A stretch of DNA of 63,967 nt, filler included, from Reclinomonas americana ATCC 50394 (lineage: Eukaryota): the NCBI GenBank assembly GCA_048213135.1. It is 7 parts of 4 records of this genome, joined end to end, with 100 filler letters (N's around TTAATTAATTAA, not from the genome) between each part and the next. Parts side by side here need not be neighbours in the genome. Positions count along the whole stretch, not along the records: positions 15,695 to 22,937 come from PS015523.1; positions 23,038 to 41,007 come from PS015523.1; 5 more parts are not named here. One strand, given 5' to 3'. The position numbers and the translations under genes were made by a program. Shown here one piece after another: positions 15,639-28,900 of the stretch. The number at the start of each line of letters is the position of its first letter. Within the stretch, counting starts at the first letter, position 1. Under the pieces are notes generated by a model. That model did not search any database. It saw only the letters and a program-made list of their open reading frames with translations, and was not told where the DNA came from.

Positions 15639-15650
15639 TTAATTAATTAA
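15639..15650. other. Artificial contig linker TTAATTAATTAA between 44-N runs (also 22982-22993, 41052-41063, 51547-51558, 56562-56573, 60979-60990)
   Basis: Identical palindromic 12-mer with stops in all six frames, always centred in a 100-nt block of Ns. Confidence 0.95.
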
Positions 15651-15694
15651 NNNNNNNNNNNNNNNNNNNNNNNNNNNNNNNNNNNNNNNNNNNN

Positions 15695-16482
15695 AACAGC
15701 AACGCAGCTGCATGATGATCACCATCTTGAGTGAGCACCAGAAACTCAGACATCACGGGAACACTGAGAGAAAGTCGAGATGGCTAATGCTGGCGTTTCT
15801 GCAAGAGAAACTACGGCTCATGACAAGCATGGATTTGACGCCGAATTCCAAAAAGGAAGCAAGAAAGATAGCAAAGTGTTGGTATCAGAACACATAGGGA
15901 AACCCAACAAAGCCAGGCAACGTGCAAGCAAGTCCGGGAAGGAACTGAGATGCACTTGAGAGGTTGTTGTTGGTGATGGTGTTGTTGTTGTTGCTCACGG
16001 AAGTTGTCACTGCCGTCTGTTGATTCTGGCAACGGCACCGGTACCGCAATGCGCCGACCAGATGTAATGGTCGTGGCGAGCGGCACAGCTGCACAGTTTC
16101 GACAGCAAGCGATCCGTGTCGTCACTGCTTCGACGCTCCTGAGGTGAACGGCCATACACCAAGTCGGCCACGTTGTCACCAGTCCGTTTCGGGACGATGC
16201 CACCGGAGCCAAACACCAGTGTATAGAAGACAACGCGTTTCTGCGTGTGTTGCTCGACAGCACGCAAACAACAACTGAACAGCAACACAGCTGCATGATG
16301 ATCGCCGCCTTGAGTGAGCACCAGAAACTCAGACATCACGAAAAAAACGAGAAAAACTCGAGATGGCAAATGCTGGCGTTTCTGCAAGAGAAACCACGGC
16401 CCGTACGTGACAAGCATGGATTTGACGCCGAATTCCAAAAAGGAATGCAGAAAGATAGCAAGAGGTGTGGTGTCAGAACACA
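15695..16482. repeat. About 200 bp direct repeat, two copies (15695-15893 and 16278-16482)
   Basis: aacagcaac.cagctgcatgatgatc.cc...ttgagtgagcaccagaaactcagacatcacg...gctggcgtttctgcaagagaaac...catggatttgacgccgaattccaaaaagga occurs in both. Confidence 0.85.
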
Positions 16483-16772
16483 TTGGAGCAACTGTGCGGA
16501 TGTCCATCATCAGTCTATCCAGAAATCAAATGACGACACCTCCGAGCTTGAATGGCAGCCCCTTGACCCTTGATCTCTGAGCTTCGGCAATTGCACAACG
16601 ATGCAACGACAACAAACAGCGGCCGGCACAGCTTCGTTCTTCGTTCAAATCATGATAATCACCAACTGAGTGAGCACCAGAGACGACGACGTCCCAGAAT
16701 CTACGAACTGAAAAGCTCACTGCCGCGAGAGAAGCCGTCGAGAGCTGCAACTAGCGCACATATCGCCTTCAA

Positions 16773-18461
16773 TCACCTTTCATCATCGTCGTCATCGTCC
16801 TCGTCCACCTCCGCCACCGCCTCCACCATCACGCCCTCACCCAGCCAAAACTCAGCGCGCTTTGCCTTTGTGTACTGCAGCTGGTCGTTAGCATCTGATT
16901 TGTTTACACATACACAGTAGATCTTCACCACTCACCTGCGGATGCTCGGCGAGGAAATTCACTTGCATAGTGTAAAGCAGCCTTCGGTCCTCCCAGTCAT
17001 CACTACCAGCTGCATGCAACCGTACCAGCTGCTGCAGCCATGCTCGCTCAATGTCTGCGTGCCACATGTCGTGCTCCTCCACTGCCCGATACAGCCTGTC
17101 CAGCGCAAACGGTTCCTCGCACAGCGGCGGCTCGTACATCACCAGACTCGCTCGAGCACGTGGCAGTACCACCATCTCCGCCTCTTCCTTCAGGAAGCAC
17201 CGCAACACCATGAGTGGCAGCGGCTCAGTGCCCACTGAGCTCACCAACATCTCTGCAGCTGCGCCAGCGGACACCTCCGCCGTGTCGTCAGCCATCTGTT
17301 GGAGAACGGCGATGGCGTGTCGAATGCAGAGCACCTCCCACACGAGGTACGAGTAATCTGCGGATCATCAGCAGCGCAGTGAGTGGAGATCGCTCCACTT
17401 GTATATACAGCTCTCAACAACTGAGTAAAAGGGCATCGCTGCCACCATCTTTAAACTCCATTTCTCACACTTTCCTCAACAAACAACAGCAAGAAGTTCG
17501 CCTGCTGACGGACAGTGACCCGTAATATCCCACTTCGCAACTCTCCTGCTCCGGCATCTCCTCGTCGGGCTCCCATGACTGGGCGCTCCACAGCGACGGA
17601 TACTTGCCCAACAGCTCCGCATCGTCAACATCTACGGCGAAATCACCAATATGCGTCGGATCTGTACAAGCCACAGACCGTGTCGATCAGCAAACATGTA
17701 CAACACATCTGCCTCGCCGCAACCAAGATGACACGCAACATCCATCCGCCACTGCCATCTCGACCAGCTCCTCGCACGTGAACTCTTCACCGGCAAGCTC
17801 TTCATCATCATCATCACCCTCTCGCACTTTGGCGTCCAAATACTCTTGCCAGACGTTCCACAGGCGACGACACAACAACCCGTTCCGTCGGCAGTACGCC
17901 ACGCGGTACTCCTCCACCTGTCGCGCGCGGAAGTCGTCCCAATCAATCAGATTAACGTCGACGTCTCGTGGCTCAGGGTAGTCGACGTCAGCGAGGTCTT
18001 CGTAGTGGTCGTCTCTTGGCCACTTGTTCTCCCACACTGTCGCACAGTATGCCGAGCCAGCCTCGTAGCTGTCGGGTTGGACGACGATGCGACCGCTGAC
18101 CAAGCGACCTAGTGGGGCAAAGAAGAAGCGAATGTAGTTGACCAGTGGACTGAAGCGCGACGGACACGGTTTGCGCATCCTGACGTTGCCGGGCCAGAAG
18201 AGACGCGTTCCGGAGCGGTCCACCAACCACTCGTCGAGTTCCCAATAAGGCTGGTCCGACAGCGCGGTGCGAATCCATCCTGCCTGCAAGAGATGGAGTG
18301 AAAGAGAGAGTCACGACGTGTGAGGGAGACAGAGGGAGGGGGGAGAGAGAAGATGACAGATCACGTGAGCACTCAACTCGAGCGTTGAATAGTGCCACCA
18401 AGTCTGGTGGAAGTGGTGGGCTGATGGTCAGCGCACCAAACACATCCGCATCGACACCCAT
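16773..18461 (-). CDS. Tandem unknown family, copy A (5 exons, apparently intact)
   Basis: MGVDADVFGALTISPPLPPDLVALFNAR / AGWIRT..WLVDRSGTRLFWPG..YIRFFFAPLGRLVSGRI..AVADG / YPTHIGDF..EMPEQE / NYSYLVWEVLCIRH..AEHPQ / YTKAKRAEFWLG..DEDDDDDDER*. Splice phases are consistent when GTTGCG donors are used. Confidence 0.75.
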
Positions 18462-18769
18462 GCTCTCTCTCCCTCTCTCTGAGATGAAGAAAAGTGTGCG
18501 TGATCTCATGATCAGACGCGGACGGACACGTGAAGTCCGTCGTCAGACCGATATCAGTGGCGGACGACATGGGAGCGGACTTAACTAGCTTTCTTGCGAT
18601 GAAGTCAACGCCACGACATAGCGTACAACCACCAGCAGATGCAGCAAAGAGAACGTCGAAGTGCTTTCAGTCTGTCAGTGTTCAATACAGTTCAGCCATA
18701 TGCATAGACCGCAGTCGAGAGAGGACCCAGCTCAGCCGCGCACCGATCGCTTCATTCATCATTATCAAA

Positions 18770-19246
18770 GTCATCGTCGGTGTCATCTTCCACTACCACA
18801 ATCGCGGCCACCGCTGCCGCGTGCTGATGAACCGGGCGTTATCGATTTACAATCAGCAGCCGCCCTTCAAGCACAACAAGCCGCATTGCTCACCACTCAC
18901 CTGCGGATACTCTTCAAGAAAATTCTCCTGCATCGCTTCAAGCAGCCTTCGGTCCTCCCAATCATCACTACCAGCTGCAGGCAACCGTTCCAGCTGCATC
19001 AACCACGCTCGCTTAATGTCCGCGTGCCACATGTCGTGCTCCTCCACTGCCCGATACAACCTGTCCAGTGCAAACAGTTCCTCGCACAGCGGCGGCTCGT
19101 ACATCACCAGACTCGCCCGAGCACGTGGCAGCACCACCACTTCCGCCTCTTCCTTCAGGAAGCACCGCAACACCATGAGTGGCAGCGGCTCAATTCCCAC
19201 TGAGCTTGCGGGCATCTCTGCAGCTGCGCCAGCAGACACCTCCGCA
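18770..19246 (-). pseudogene. Tandem family copy B, 5'-truncated (part of exon 4 onward)
   Basis: AEVSAGAAAEMP..EEYPQ matches exon 4 of copy A, but is fused at about 19246 to the 3' flank of copy C; exons 1-3 are absent. Confidence 0.65.
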
Positions 19247-19350
19247 TCTGGAGCGTGAAGCGGAGACCCAGAGAAGTGGAGACAACTGAAAAGCTCAATG
19301 CCGCGAGAGAAGCCGTCGAGAGCTGCAACTAGCGCACATGTCGCCTTCAA

Positions 19351-20726
19351 TCACCTTTCATCATCGTCATCATCGTCCTCGTCCACCTCCGCCACCGCCT
19401 CCACCATCACGCCTTCACCCAACCAAAACGCAGCGCGCTTTGCCTTCGTGTACTGCATGCAACTGGTCGTTAGCATCTGATTTGTTTACACACACAGTAG
19501 ATCTACACCACTCACCTGCGGATGCTCGGCGAGGAAATTCACTTGCATCGTATCAAGCAGCGCTGAATCCACACCACCACCATCACGCAGCCGTTCCAGT
19601 TGCAGCAACCACGCTCGCTCAATGTCAGCGTGCCACATGTCGTGCTGCTCCACTGCCCGATACAGCCTGTCCAGTGCAAATGGCTCCTCGCACAGCGGCG
19701 GTTCGTACCTCACCAGACTCGCCCGAGCACGTGGCAGCACCACCATCTCCGCCTCCTCCTTCAGGAAACACCGCAACACCATGAGCGGCAGCGGCTCAGT
19801 GCCCACTGAGCTTGCGGGCATCTCTGCAGCTGCGCCCGCCGACACCTCCGCCAGGTCGTCAGCCATATGTTGGAGAACGGCAATGGCGTATCGAATGCAA
19901 AGCACCTCCCACACGAGGTACGAGTAATCTGCGCATCATCAGCAGCGCAGTGAGTATCTCTGATCAGTATCGGACTCGACAAGTGAGTACAGGGCGTCGT
20001 TTCCATCATCTTCCCTCCCCGTCACTCACTCTCCTCAACATGCAACAGCGAGAAGATCGGCTGCTCACGGACAGTCACCGGTGATATCCCACTTCGCAAC
20101 TCTCCTGCTCCGGCATCTCATCCTCAGGCCCCCATAACTGGGCGCTCCACAGCGACGGATACTTACCCAACAGCTCCGCATCGTCAACATCTACGGCAAA
20201 ATCATAAACATGCGTCGGATCTGTGCAAGCCACAGACCGTGTCGATCAGCAAACATGTACAACACATCTGCCTCGCCACAACCAACTTGACACGCAACAT
20301 CCATCCTCCTCTGCCATCTTGACCAGCTCCTCGCACGTGAACTCTTCACCGGGAAGCTCTTCATCATCATCATCACCCTCTCGCACTTTGGCGTCCAAAT
20401 ACTCATGCCAGACGTTCCACAAGCGACGACACAACAACCCATTCCGTCGGCAGTACGCCACGCGATACTCCTCCATTTGCCGTGCACGGAAGTCGTCCCA
20501 ATCAATCAGATCAAGCTCGTCGTCTCGGGGCTCAGGGTAGTCGACGTCAGCGAGGTCTTCGTAGCGGTCGTCTCTTGGCCACTTGTTCTCCCACACTGTC
20601 GCACAGTATGCCGAGCCAGACTCGTAGCTGTCGGGTTGGACGACGATGCGACCGCTGACCAAGCGACCTAGTGGGGCAAAGAAGAAGCGAATGTAGTTGA
20701 CCAGTGGTCTGAAGCGCCACGGACAC
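19351..20726 (-). CDS. Tandem family copy C (5' part lost in N gap)
   Basis: Exons 2-5 nearly identical to copy A, with the same acidic C-terminus. Confidence 0.7.
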
Positions 20727-21599
20727 NNNNNNNNNNNNNNNNNNNNNNNNNNNNNNNNNNNNNNNNNNNNNNNNNNNNNNNNNNNNNNNNNNNNNNNNNN
20801 NNNNNNNNNNNNNNNNNNNNNNNNNNNNNNNNNNNNNNNNNNNNNNNNNNNNNNNNNNNNNNNNNNNNNNNNNNNNNNNNNNNNNNNNNNNNNNNNNNNN
20901 NNNNNNNNNNNNNNNNNNNNNNNNNNNNNNNNNNNNNNNNNNNNNNNNNNNNNNNNNNNNNNNNNNNNNNNNNNNNNNNNNNNNNNNNNNNNNNNNNNNN
21001 NNNNNNNNNNNNNNNNNNNNNNNNNNNNNNNNNNNNNNNNNNNNNNNNNNNNNNNNNNNNNNNNNNNNNNNNNNNNNNNNNNNNNNNNNNNNNNNNNNNN
21101 NNNNNNNNNNNNNNNNNNNNNNNNNNNNNNNNNNNNNNNNNNNNNNNNNNNNNNNNNNNNNNNNNNNNNNNNNNNNNNNNNNNNNNNNNNNNNNNNNNNN
21201 NNNNNNNNNNNNNNNNNNNNNNNNNNNNNNNNNNNNNNNNNNNNNNNNNNNNNNNNNNNNNNNNNNNNNNNNNNNNNNNNNNNNNNNNNNNNNNNNNNNN
21301 NNNNNNNNNNNNNNNNNNNNNNNNNNNNNNNNNNNNNNNNNNNNNNNNNNNNNNNNNNNNNNNNNNNNNNNNNNNNNNNNNNNNNNNNNNNNNNNNNNNN
21401 NNNNNNNNNNNNNNNNNNNNNNNNNNNNNNNNNNNNNNNNNNNNNNNNNNNNNNNNNNNNNNNNNNNNCTACAAGCTGATGAGGAAAACGTCGACGTCGA
21501 AGTTATCAATATTAATAATCCATTCTTGCATGGAAAGCCTTGATCGCAGTCGAGAGAGGACCAGTTTAACCGCGAACCAGTTGCTTCAATCATCTTTCA

Positions 21600-23123
21600 T
21601 CATCATCATCGTCGTCGTCATCATTGCCCACAAGAACCATCGCCGCCACCGCTGCCGCGTGCTGAACCAGGCGACAGATTATTAGCAGCCTTCTCCTTTA
21701 AAAAATGGCACATCGCTCACCACTCACCTGCGGATACTCTTCAAGAAACTTCCTCTGTATCGTATCAAGGACTTCCCAGTCATCGTAACCACTCGCATGC
21801 AGCTTTTCCAGCTGCTGCAGCCATGCTCGCTCAATGTCCGCGTGCCACATGCCGTGCTCCTCCACTGCCCGATACAGTCTGTCCAGTGCAAACGGTTCCT
21901 CGCACAGCGGCGGCTCGTACATCACCAAACTCGCCCGAGCACGTGGCAGCACCACCACTTCCGCCTCTTCCTTCAGGAAGCACCGCAACACCATGAGTGG
22001 CAGCGGCTCAGTTCTCACTTAGCTCAACAACATCTCTGCAGCTGCGCAAGCGGACACCTCCGCCATGTCGTCAGCCATCTGCTGAAGAACGGCGATGGCG
22101 TGTCGAATGCAGAGCACCTCCCACACGAGGTACGAGTAATCTGTGGATCACCCAAAGCGCGGTGAGTGTGGAGATCATTTCCAGTATCAGACTCAACAAC
22201 TGAGTAGCAGGACATCGAGGTCATCATACTTCCTCTCCATCTCTCACACTCTCCTCAACAAACAATAGCAACAAGTTCGCCTGCTGACGGACAGTGACCC
22301 GTGATAACCCACTTCGCAACTCTCCTGCTCCGGCATCTCATCTTCAGGATACCATGACGTGGCGCTCCACATCGACGGATACTTCTCCAGACATGCATCA
22401 CAGAACCCATATCCGGAAACGTCCAACGGATCTGCACCAAGCCACACACGCTGTGCCGGTCAGCATCGCCTCCTGGATTTGCTTTGCTACGTTCAAGACA
22501 ATGCCACGCAACATCCATCCTCCTCCGCCGTCTTGGCCAGTTCCTCGCACGTGAACTCCTCACCTGCGAGCTCTCCATTACCATCCTCTCGCACCTTGAC
22601 GTCCAGATACTCATACCAGACGTTCCACAGGCGATGGCACAACAACCCGTTCCGACGGCAGTACGCCACGCGGAACTCCTCCACCTGTCGTGCACGGAAG
22701 TCGTCCGGCTCAATCAGGTCAAACAACTCGTCTTTGGGGTCGTCACTGAAGCCTTTGTAGTGGCAGTCACTTGGCCACTTGTTCTCCCACACCTCCGCGC
22801 AACACGCCATGCCAGACCCATGGGGTTGGGCGACGATGCGGCCACTGAGCAAGCGTCCCAGCGGGGCAAAGAAGAAGCGAATGTAATCAACCAGTGGCTG
22901 GAAGCGACTGGATCCCGCCTTGCGCATTCCATATCCGNNNNNNNNNNNNNNNNNNNNNNNNNNNNNNNNNNNNNNNNNNNNTTAATTAATTAANNNNNNN
23001 NNNNNNNNNNNNNNNNNNNNNNNNNNNNNNNNNNNNNTACGTACGTACGTACGTACGTACGTACGTACGTACGTACGTACGTACGTACGTACGTACGTAC
23101 GTACGTACGTACGTACGTACGAC

Positions 23124-23179
<56 letters not shown>

Positions 23180-23328
23180 GGAGAGAGGGAGAGATGGAGG
23201 GAGAGTGAGGGAGACGAAGAATTGGGACCAAGCGCGCACTTCACCTGGTCATTGAACAGTGCCACCAAGGCGGGCGGGAGAGGCGGACTGATGGTCAGTG
23301 CTCCAGAAACATCTCCATCCATGCCCAT
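21600..23328 (-). pseudogene. Tandem family copy D with premature stop
   Basis: Starts MGMDGDVSGALTISPPLPP at 23328. In exon 4 the codon that is TCA in copies A, B, C and E is TAA (22019-22021): EMLLS*VRTEPL. Confidence 0.65.
23038..23120. repeat. (TACG)n microsatellite
   Basis: About 20 perfect TACG units beside a gap, within intron 1 of copy D. Confidence 0.8.
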
Positions 23329-23619
23329 GTTTTCTTTCCCTCTTTCTCCCTCTCTCTGACAATGGTGTGTGTACGTGAGTCGGTGTACGAAGAGGACATT
23401 CCAACTCGGACAACTCGCAGTTCATGGTGGACATGGGAGGTCACGCTCTCTTACGGTAAAGTGATCGCCGGACCGACAACTGCGACGACATAGTGTACAA
23501 CCACCAGCAAAGAGAACGTCGAAGTGATTTCAGTATTCAATACTACAATCCGCGGAAGCCTTCGATCGAATGCGACGTCGAGAGAGGACCAGCTCAGCCG
23601 CGCACCGATCGCTTCAGTC

Positions 23620-25668
23620 ATCAATCATCGCCATCGTCGTCGTCGTCGTCGTCGTCATCGCCGCCACCGCTGCCGCGTGCTGAACCAGGCGGTGAATGAG
23701 ACAGCCGCTCCTCGTGCCACATTGCTCTCACCACTCACCTGCGGATACTTCTCAAGAAAATAGTCTTGCGCCTTACTAAGCAGTCTCTGGTCGTCCCACT
23801 TCCAATCATCCTGCCATACATCATGATCAGCAGCTGCATGCATATGCATTCTCTCCAGCTGCTGCAGCCATGCTCGCTCAATGTCCGCGTGCCACATGCC
23901 GTGCTCCTCCACTGCCCGACACAACCTGTCCAGTGCAAACGGTTCCTCGCACAGCGGCGGCTCGTACATCACCAGACTCGCCCGAGCACGTGGCAGCACC
24001 ACCACTTCCGCCTCCTCCTTCAGGCAGCACCGCAACACCATGAGTGGCAGCGGCTCAGTGCCCACTGAGCTTGCAGGCATTTCAGCAGCTCCGCCAGCAG
24101 ACACCTCCGCCAAATCGTCCGCCATCTGTTGGAGAACGGCGATGGCGTGTCGAATACAGAGCACCTCCCACACTAGGTACGAGTAGTCTGTGGATCACCA
24201 CCCGCAGCGCAGTGAGTGTATACANNNNNNNNNNNNNNNNNNNNNNNNNNNNNNNNNNNNNNNNNNNNNNNNNNNNNNNNNNNNNNNNNNNNNNNNNNNN
24301 NNNNNNNNNNNNNNNNNNNNNNNNNNNNNNNNNNNNNNNNNNNNNNNNNNNNNNNNNNNNNNNNNNNNNNNNNNNNNNNNNNNNNNNNNNNNNNNNNNNN
24401 NNNNNNNNNNNNNNNNNNNNNNNNNNNNNNNNNNNNNNNNNNNNNNNNNNNNNNNNNNNNNNNNNNNNNNNNNNNNNNNNNNNNNNNNNNNNNNNNNNNN
24501 NNNNNNNNNNNNNNNNNNNNNNNNNNNNNNNNNNNNNNNNNNNNNNNNNNNNNNNNNNNNNNNNNNNNNNNNNNNNNNNNNNNNNNNNNNNNNNNNNNNN
24601 NNNNNNNNNNNNNNNNNNNNNNNNNNNNNNNNNNNNNNNNNNNNNNNNNNNNNNNNNNNNNNNNNNNNNNNNNNNNNNNNNNNNNNNNNNNNNNNNNNNN
24701 NNNNNNNNNNNNNNNNNNNNTCAGGCTCCCATGGCTTGCTGCTCCACAGCGACGGATACTTCTTCAACAGATCAGGATCGCGCCCCACCCTGTAGTCAGC
24801 GTCGTAACAGCCGAAGTCATCAATGCTCGTCGGATCTGCACAAAGCAACGCACGCTGTGCCGATCAGCAGCAGCGACTGCACACGTGCGTCAACTCAGCG
24901 CAGCGGCATTACCACACGCAACACCCATCCTCCTCCGCCATCTTGGCCAGCTCCTGGCGCGTGAACTCCTCACCGGCAAGCTTTCCATCGCCACCCTCTC
25001 GCACCTCCGCGTCCAGATACTCTTGCCAGACGTTCCACAGGCGATGACACAGCAACCCGTTCCGACGGCAGTACGCCACGCGGAACTCCTCCACCTGTCG
25101 TGCACGGAAGTCGTCCGGATCCGGCTCAGAATCGACACTGCTCCACTCAGAATCGACACTGCTCCCCTCGTCTTCGAGGTCCCCCCCGAAACAGGGAAAC
25201 AACTCGTGGGGGTCAGCGTGGAGGCAACCGTAGTTGGCGTCACTTGTCCACTTGTTCTCCCACACTGTCGTACAGAGCACACATTCATGGTCGCAGATGA
25301 TGACGATGCGACCGCTGACCAGACGTCCCAAAGGGGCGAAGAAGAAGCGAATGTAGTTGGCTAGTGTGTTGACGCGATCATTACGTTGCGGATTGCGAAA
25401 CTCGATCCCCGGCCAGAACAGCCGCGTTCCGGAGCGATCCACCAACCAAAAGTCGACCCTATCGGTATTCGTCAGCGTGTTGCGGATCCATCCATTCTGC
25501 AAGAGAGAGACACGAGGTGTGTGTGTGTGTGTGTGAGAGAGAGAACGAGAGAGCGAGGAAAAGAGGTGCCAGCGTGCACTAAACATAGTCATTGAACAGT
25601 GCCACCAAGTCGGGTGGAAGAGGCGGGCTGATGGTCAGCGCACCAAACACGTAGCCATCAACACCCAT
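23620..25668 (-). CDS. Tandem family copy E (most divergent; internal gap)
   Basis: MGVDGYVFGALTISPPLPPDLVALFNDY; exon 2 NGWIRNT..FWLVDRSGTRLFWPG..; internal 21-nt duplication giving SSVDSEWSSVDSEP; exon 4 at 23741-24185. Confidence 0.7.
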
Positions 25669-25905
25669 GATTGATCTCTCTGAGAAAGAACGTGACGGAG
25701 CTTGTTGGCGGACACGTGAAGTCCGTCGTCCGACGACAATTGTGGCGGCTCGATTCGGCAGCGCGTGGCCACACCCTGACAGCCTGAATACTACCCGCGT
25801 TTCGATAACCTGCTTTCTGCAGCTCACTTTCGCAATTGCTTTTGACTTCGCGTGCCAAGGCATGCAATAATACGTACCACCAGCACCTTGTTCAATCGTC
25901 GACCT

Positions 25906-28900
25906 TCACAAGGCAGCCGGCAGAAATGCCCTGGCCGGCTCTGGGAACATCGACCGCGAGTCCTGCACAATCGTCGTGTGCAGCGCCTTGGCATTATCCA
26001 GTCCCAAGCGCGCCAGCACCTTCTCCAGTGTCGATACTCGGGAGAGGGCATCCAACGTCCGCCGGTGTGCGTCGGCGGGCACCATGGGCAGCAAGCGCGA
26101 GATGACACCCGTTCCTTTCCCGTGTACCGCTGCTCCCGCTCGTTCGCGCTCTACGCTCGCCAAGTTGTCCGTGCCGAGCTGTCGACACGTATCCACCAGC
26201 AGCGCATCGTCTGCCATCAAGGCATCTTCGTAGTGGGCACCGAGGTGTTCGCGCAGCAGGCGCATTCGTGTGTCGCGTGCGAGAGCCGCGTGGTTAATGG
26301 TCGCCAGCAGCTCGGTGGAGCGGTACGAACTCATGTTGTCCATGTTGGCTGAGCCCGTGAGCATGACGCGATCGTCGACGATGCACAACTTGGAGTGCAC
26401 ATAGATGGAGGTCACTGCGGCGCGAAAGTCAACAATAAAGGAGACGAGTGTCTCCGAAAAGGAGTCGGAGCAACCCGCAACAATGAGACTGTTGCGATGC
26501 TTGTTGGGCCAGACAGCAGACAACGACACGACTCGGAGCCACATCGTGCAGTGACCACAGATGCGCGTTGACTGTGTGCATGCGGACGGTGGTGTGCGGT
26601 CAACACATCAACGAGTGCCAACCACCTGATACGACATGCAACACGCAACTATGATCCTGATTCATGTCGAGCAGTGTACCCAGCACGCCGCTTGGAAGAT
26701 CGGTGGCAACATTGGTGATGACGAGCAGGCGCAACTCGGGCACTCGCTGCAGCGCCTCTCGCATACAGTGCGTCATGGCTGCGTTGTGAAACTGCGCCAA
26801 AGTCAGATACACACAAGGCGACAAATATACATCGGCCGCGCAGCAACGCACAGGATACTGATGCTCGATGTACACCAACCGCTCAGCCGCCGACAGCACA
26901 CGACAAAACTCGCTCACCAGCACATCACTGTGCGAGACCAGTGAGTGAGGCAGCGGAGCAACGGCTTCGTGCCCGACAACAGCGCCACCTGTTGAATACT
27001 CGCTGCCACGATCGACGCACTTGAATTCGACACTGCTCGGCAACCACACCAACCGAGTCGAACCAGCCGGCAGTGGGCTCCGGTGGTGTTTGAGGTGCGC
27101 ATGCAACATCAGCGATAGGCGGCAGGGTAATTCTTCGCGAGTGCACAGCATTGCATGTGAACGCGTGTGACCACCGCTGCGCAAAGTGCAACCACAGGTG
27201 ACGGACAATGTCGCCCGTGAAACACAGCTGCGCACGCACAGCCGCCATGAGTGGCCGACGGAAAAAACAGGACTGCGAGCAAAGGAGCATGCCTGCAAGT
27301 CGTGCCACAGGAACCGCGAAGGAGGCAGGCTAGCTCGCCCCGCCGCGTGACGTGCTCTGTCGTGCCCCGTGTCGTTGCTGCTGCCACTTGAACTTCCTTT
27401 CAAGACGTCCAACAGTTCCGCCTGCAATCCCCACGGTGGCTGATGCAGCGGCAAGTCGAAACGTGCACGGGCCATGTCAAATCCCTGCCCCGTACCACGT
27501 CAGTGTCTTTCCGCAACGCAGGCACGCACTCCAGCCACATCATCATGACACAACTCCCATGAATGCCACACTCGCCGTGGCGTCGTCGGCATCCACCAAC
27601 ACCAGCTTTTCGTGATGACAACTCACCAAGCCTGCCGAAAGTGCAGTCAGCGGCTCGCAACACCGAGAGAGAAGAGGGAGGTACAAACCCCCCGGATTGC
27701 TGGCCATCACAATGACAATGTGCGCACCATCCGCCCAGTCCGTTGCGAACGGATCGGCGTGGGCACTACTGGCGTCTGGCTGTGAGAGAATGAGAGAGTG
27801 AGCACAAGAACTCGGAAAATCGGTCGAGCCAGCGAAGACGCACAAGGTTGGATTGTGCGTGGTAAACTCGAACAATGATGCCTCGCGCGGAAGCACGCCG
27901 TCGCAAACTCTGCAGACTCCAAGATGAGCATCCTCACTCTCTTTCTGCTGGCTTCGTATTCCTTGCTCACCTCCACCTCCGCCTCCAGCGACACAGCTCC
28001 TAAATGCGTAAAGCGCTGCGTGAAAGAAAACCACTCGTGCCTCCACACCACCACTCGTATCCTGACTCCACGACTCGCACACTCCAGCAATACGTCCTGT
28101 CGCCGACGCTCAGCTAGAGCACACAAAGCGTGCTCCAGACAAAGATTCTCACCTCAAGGGTAATCCACAGCCAATCACCACGTTCACCAACAAAGGCCGA
28201 AAACTGCGCTGTAGTCAACATGGTCGTCGCCGTGCTCGACTCTGTCTCCCCTCGTTCCCTTTGTGGTTGTGGCTGGTAATGATGGTGGTGCGGCTGACGC
28301 AGGTGAGGTCGGTGGTGTGGAAGGGGCGCGTACACGAGGCCAAACTTGAACGACAGTTCCCAGCCCAGAATGGACACACTGCGTTTGGCACGAGACAGCG
28401 CCTGCACACCGAATCAGGTCATACCACTGACACGAATCCCAACAACAACACCCCGACTTGCAACGCACCTCATAGTATGTGCCAAACACCTGGTGCCCAT
28501 CGATCAGCACCCGACAGTTGTTGTTCGTCGTCTCGGCGCCCCACTCCTTACCGCCAGTACTCGCCGCCTCCTCGGCCGTCGGCAACGCTGTGCATCCCAG
28601 AGAGTACGCCACAATGTACTGCGATCCGCCACCTGCGCTAATGCGCAGTGTCTCGCTGGCCACCTCCAAGTGCCTGTCTGGCGATCCGAGTCGCACAAAT
28701 GTCCACGGGTGATCATCGGGCACGTGGTCGCCGGCTGCATTGCGCTGGTACACACCCACTTGCAGGGGGGCAAGAATAACGTGTGGGTGGCGGGAGACCA
28801 ATTCCAACAGATGCACGTAAACACACACACACCATTCCCGTGCTCATCGCGATCGCGTGGCACAAACTCAAACGTGCGCAGGCACTTGCGAATGCCAAAG

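Noticed and set aside
15639..15650. TTAATTAATTAA palindromes as recombination or regulatory sites
   Set aside because: Always centred in identical N blocks with stops in all frames; assembly linkers.
15695..16482. Direct repeats as LTRs of a retroelement
   Set aside because: No TG..CA ends, primer-binding site, target-site duplication or gag/pol coding evident; the first copy is cut by a gap.
16007..16510. 167-aa minus-strand ORF as a gene
   Set aside because: It overlaps a 200-bp duplicated block, has no recognisable motif and no convincing splice structure.
22019..22021. TAA reassignment (alternative genetic code)
   Set aside because: It aligns to Ser (TCA) in paralogues, is an isolated case, and GDH and SMU1 terminate normally at TAA.
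23038..23120. (TACG)n tract as a telomeric or functional repeat
   Set aside because: Intronic, adjacent to gaps (similar at 59646-59685); a simple microsatellite or read-end artefact.
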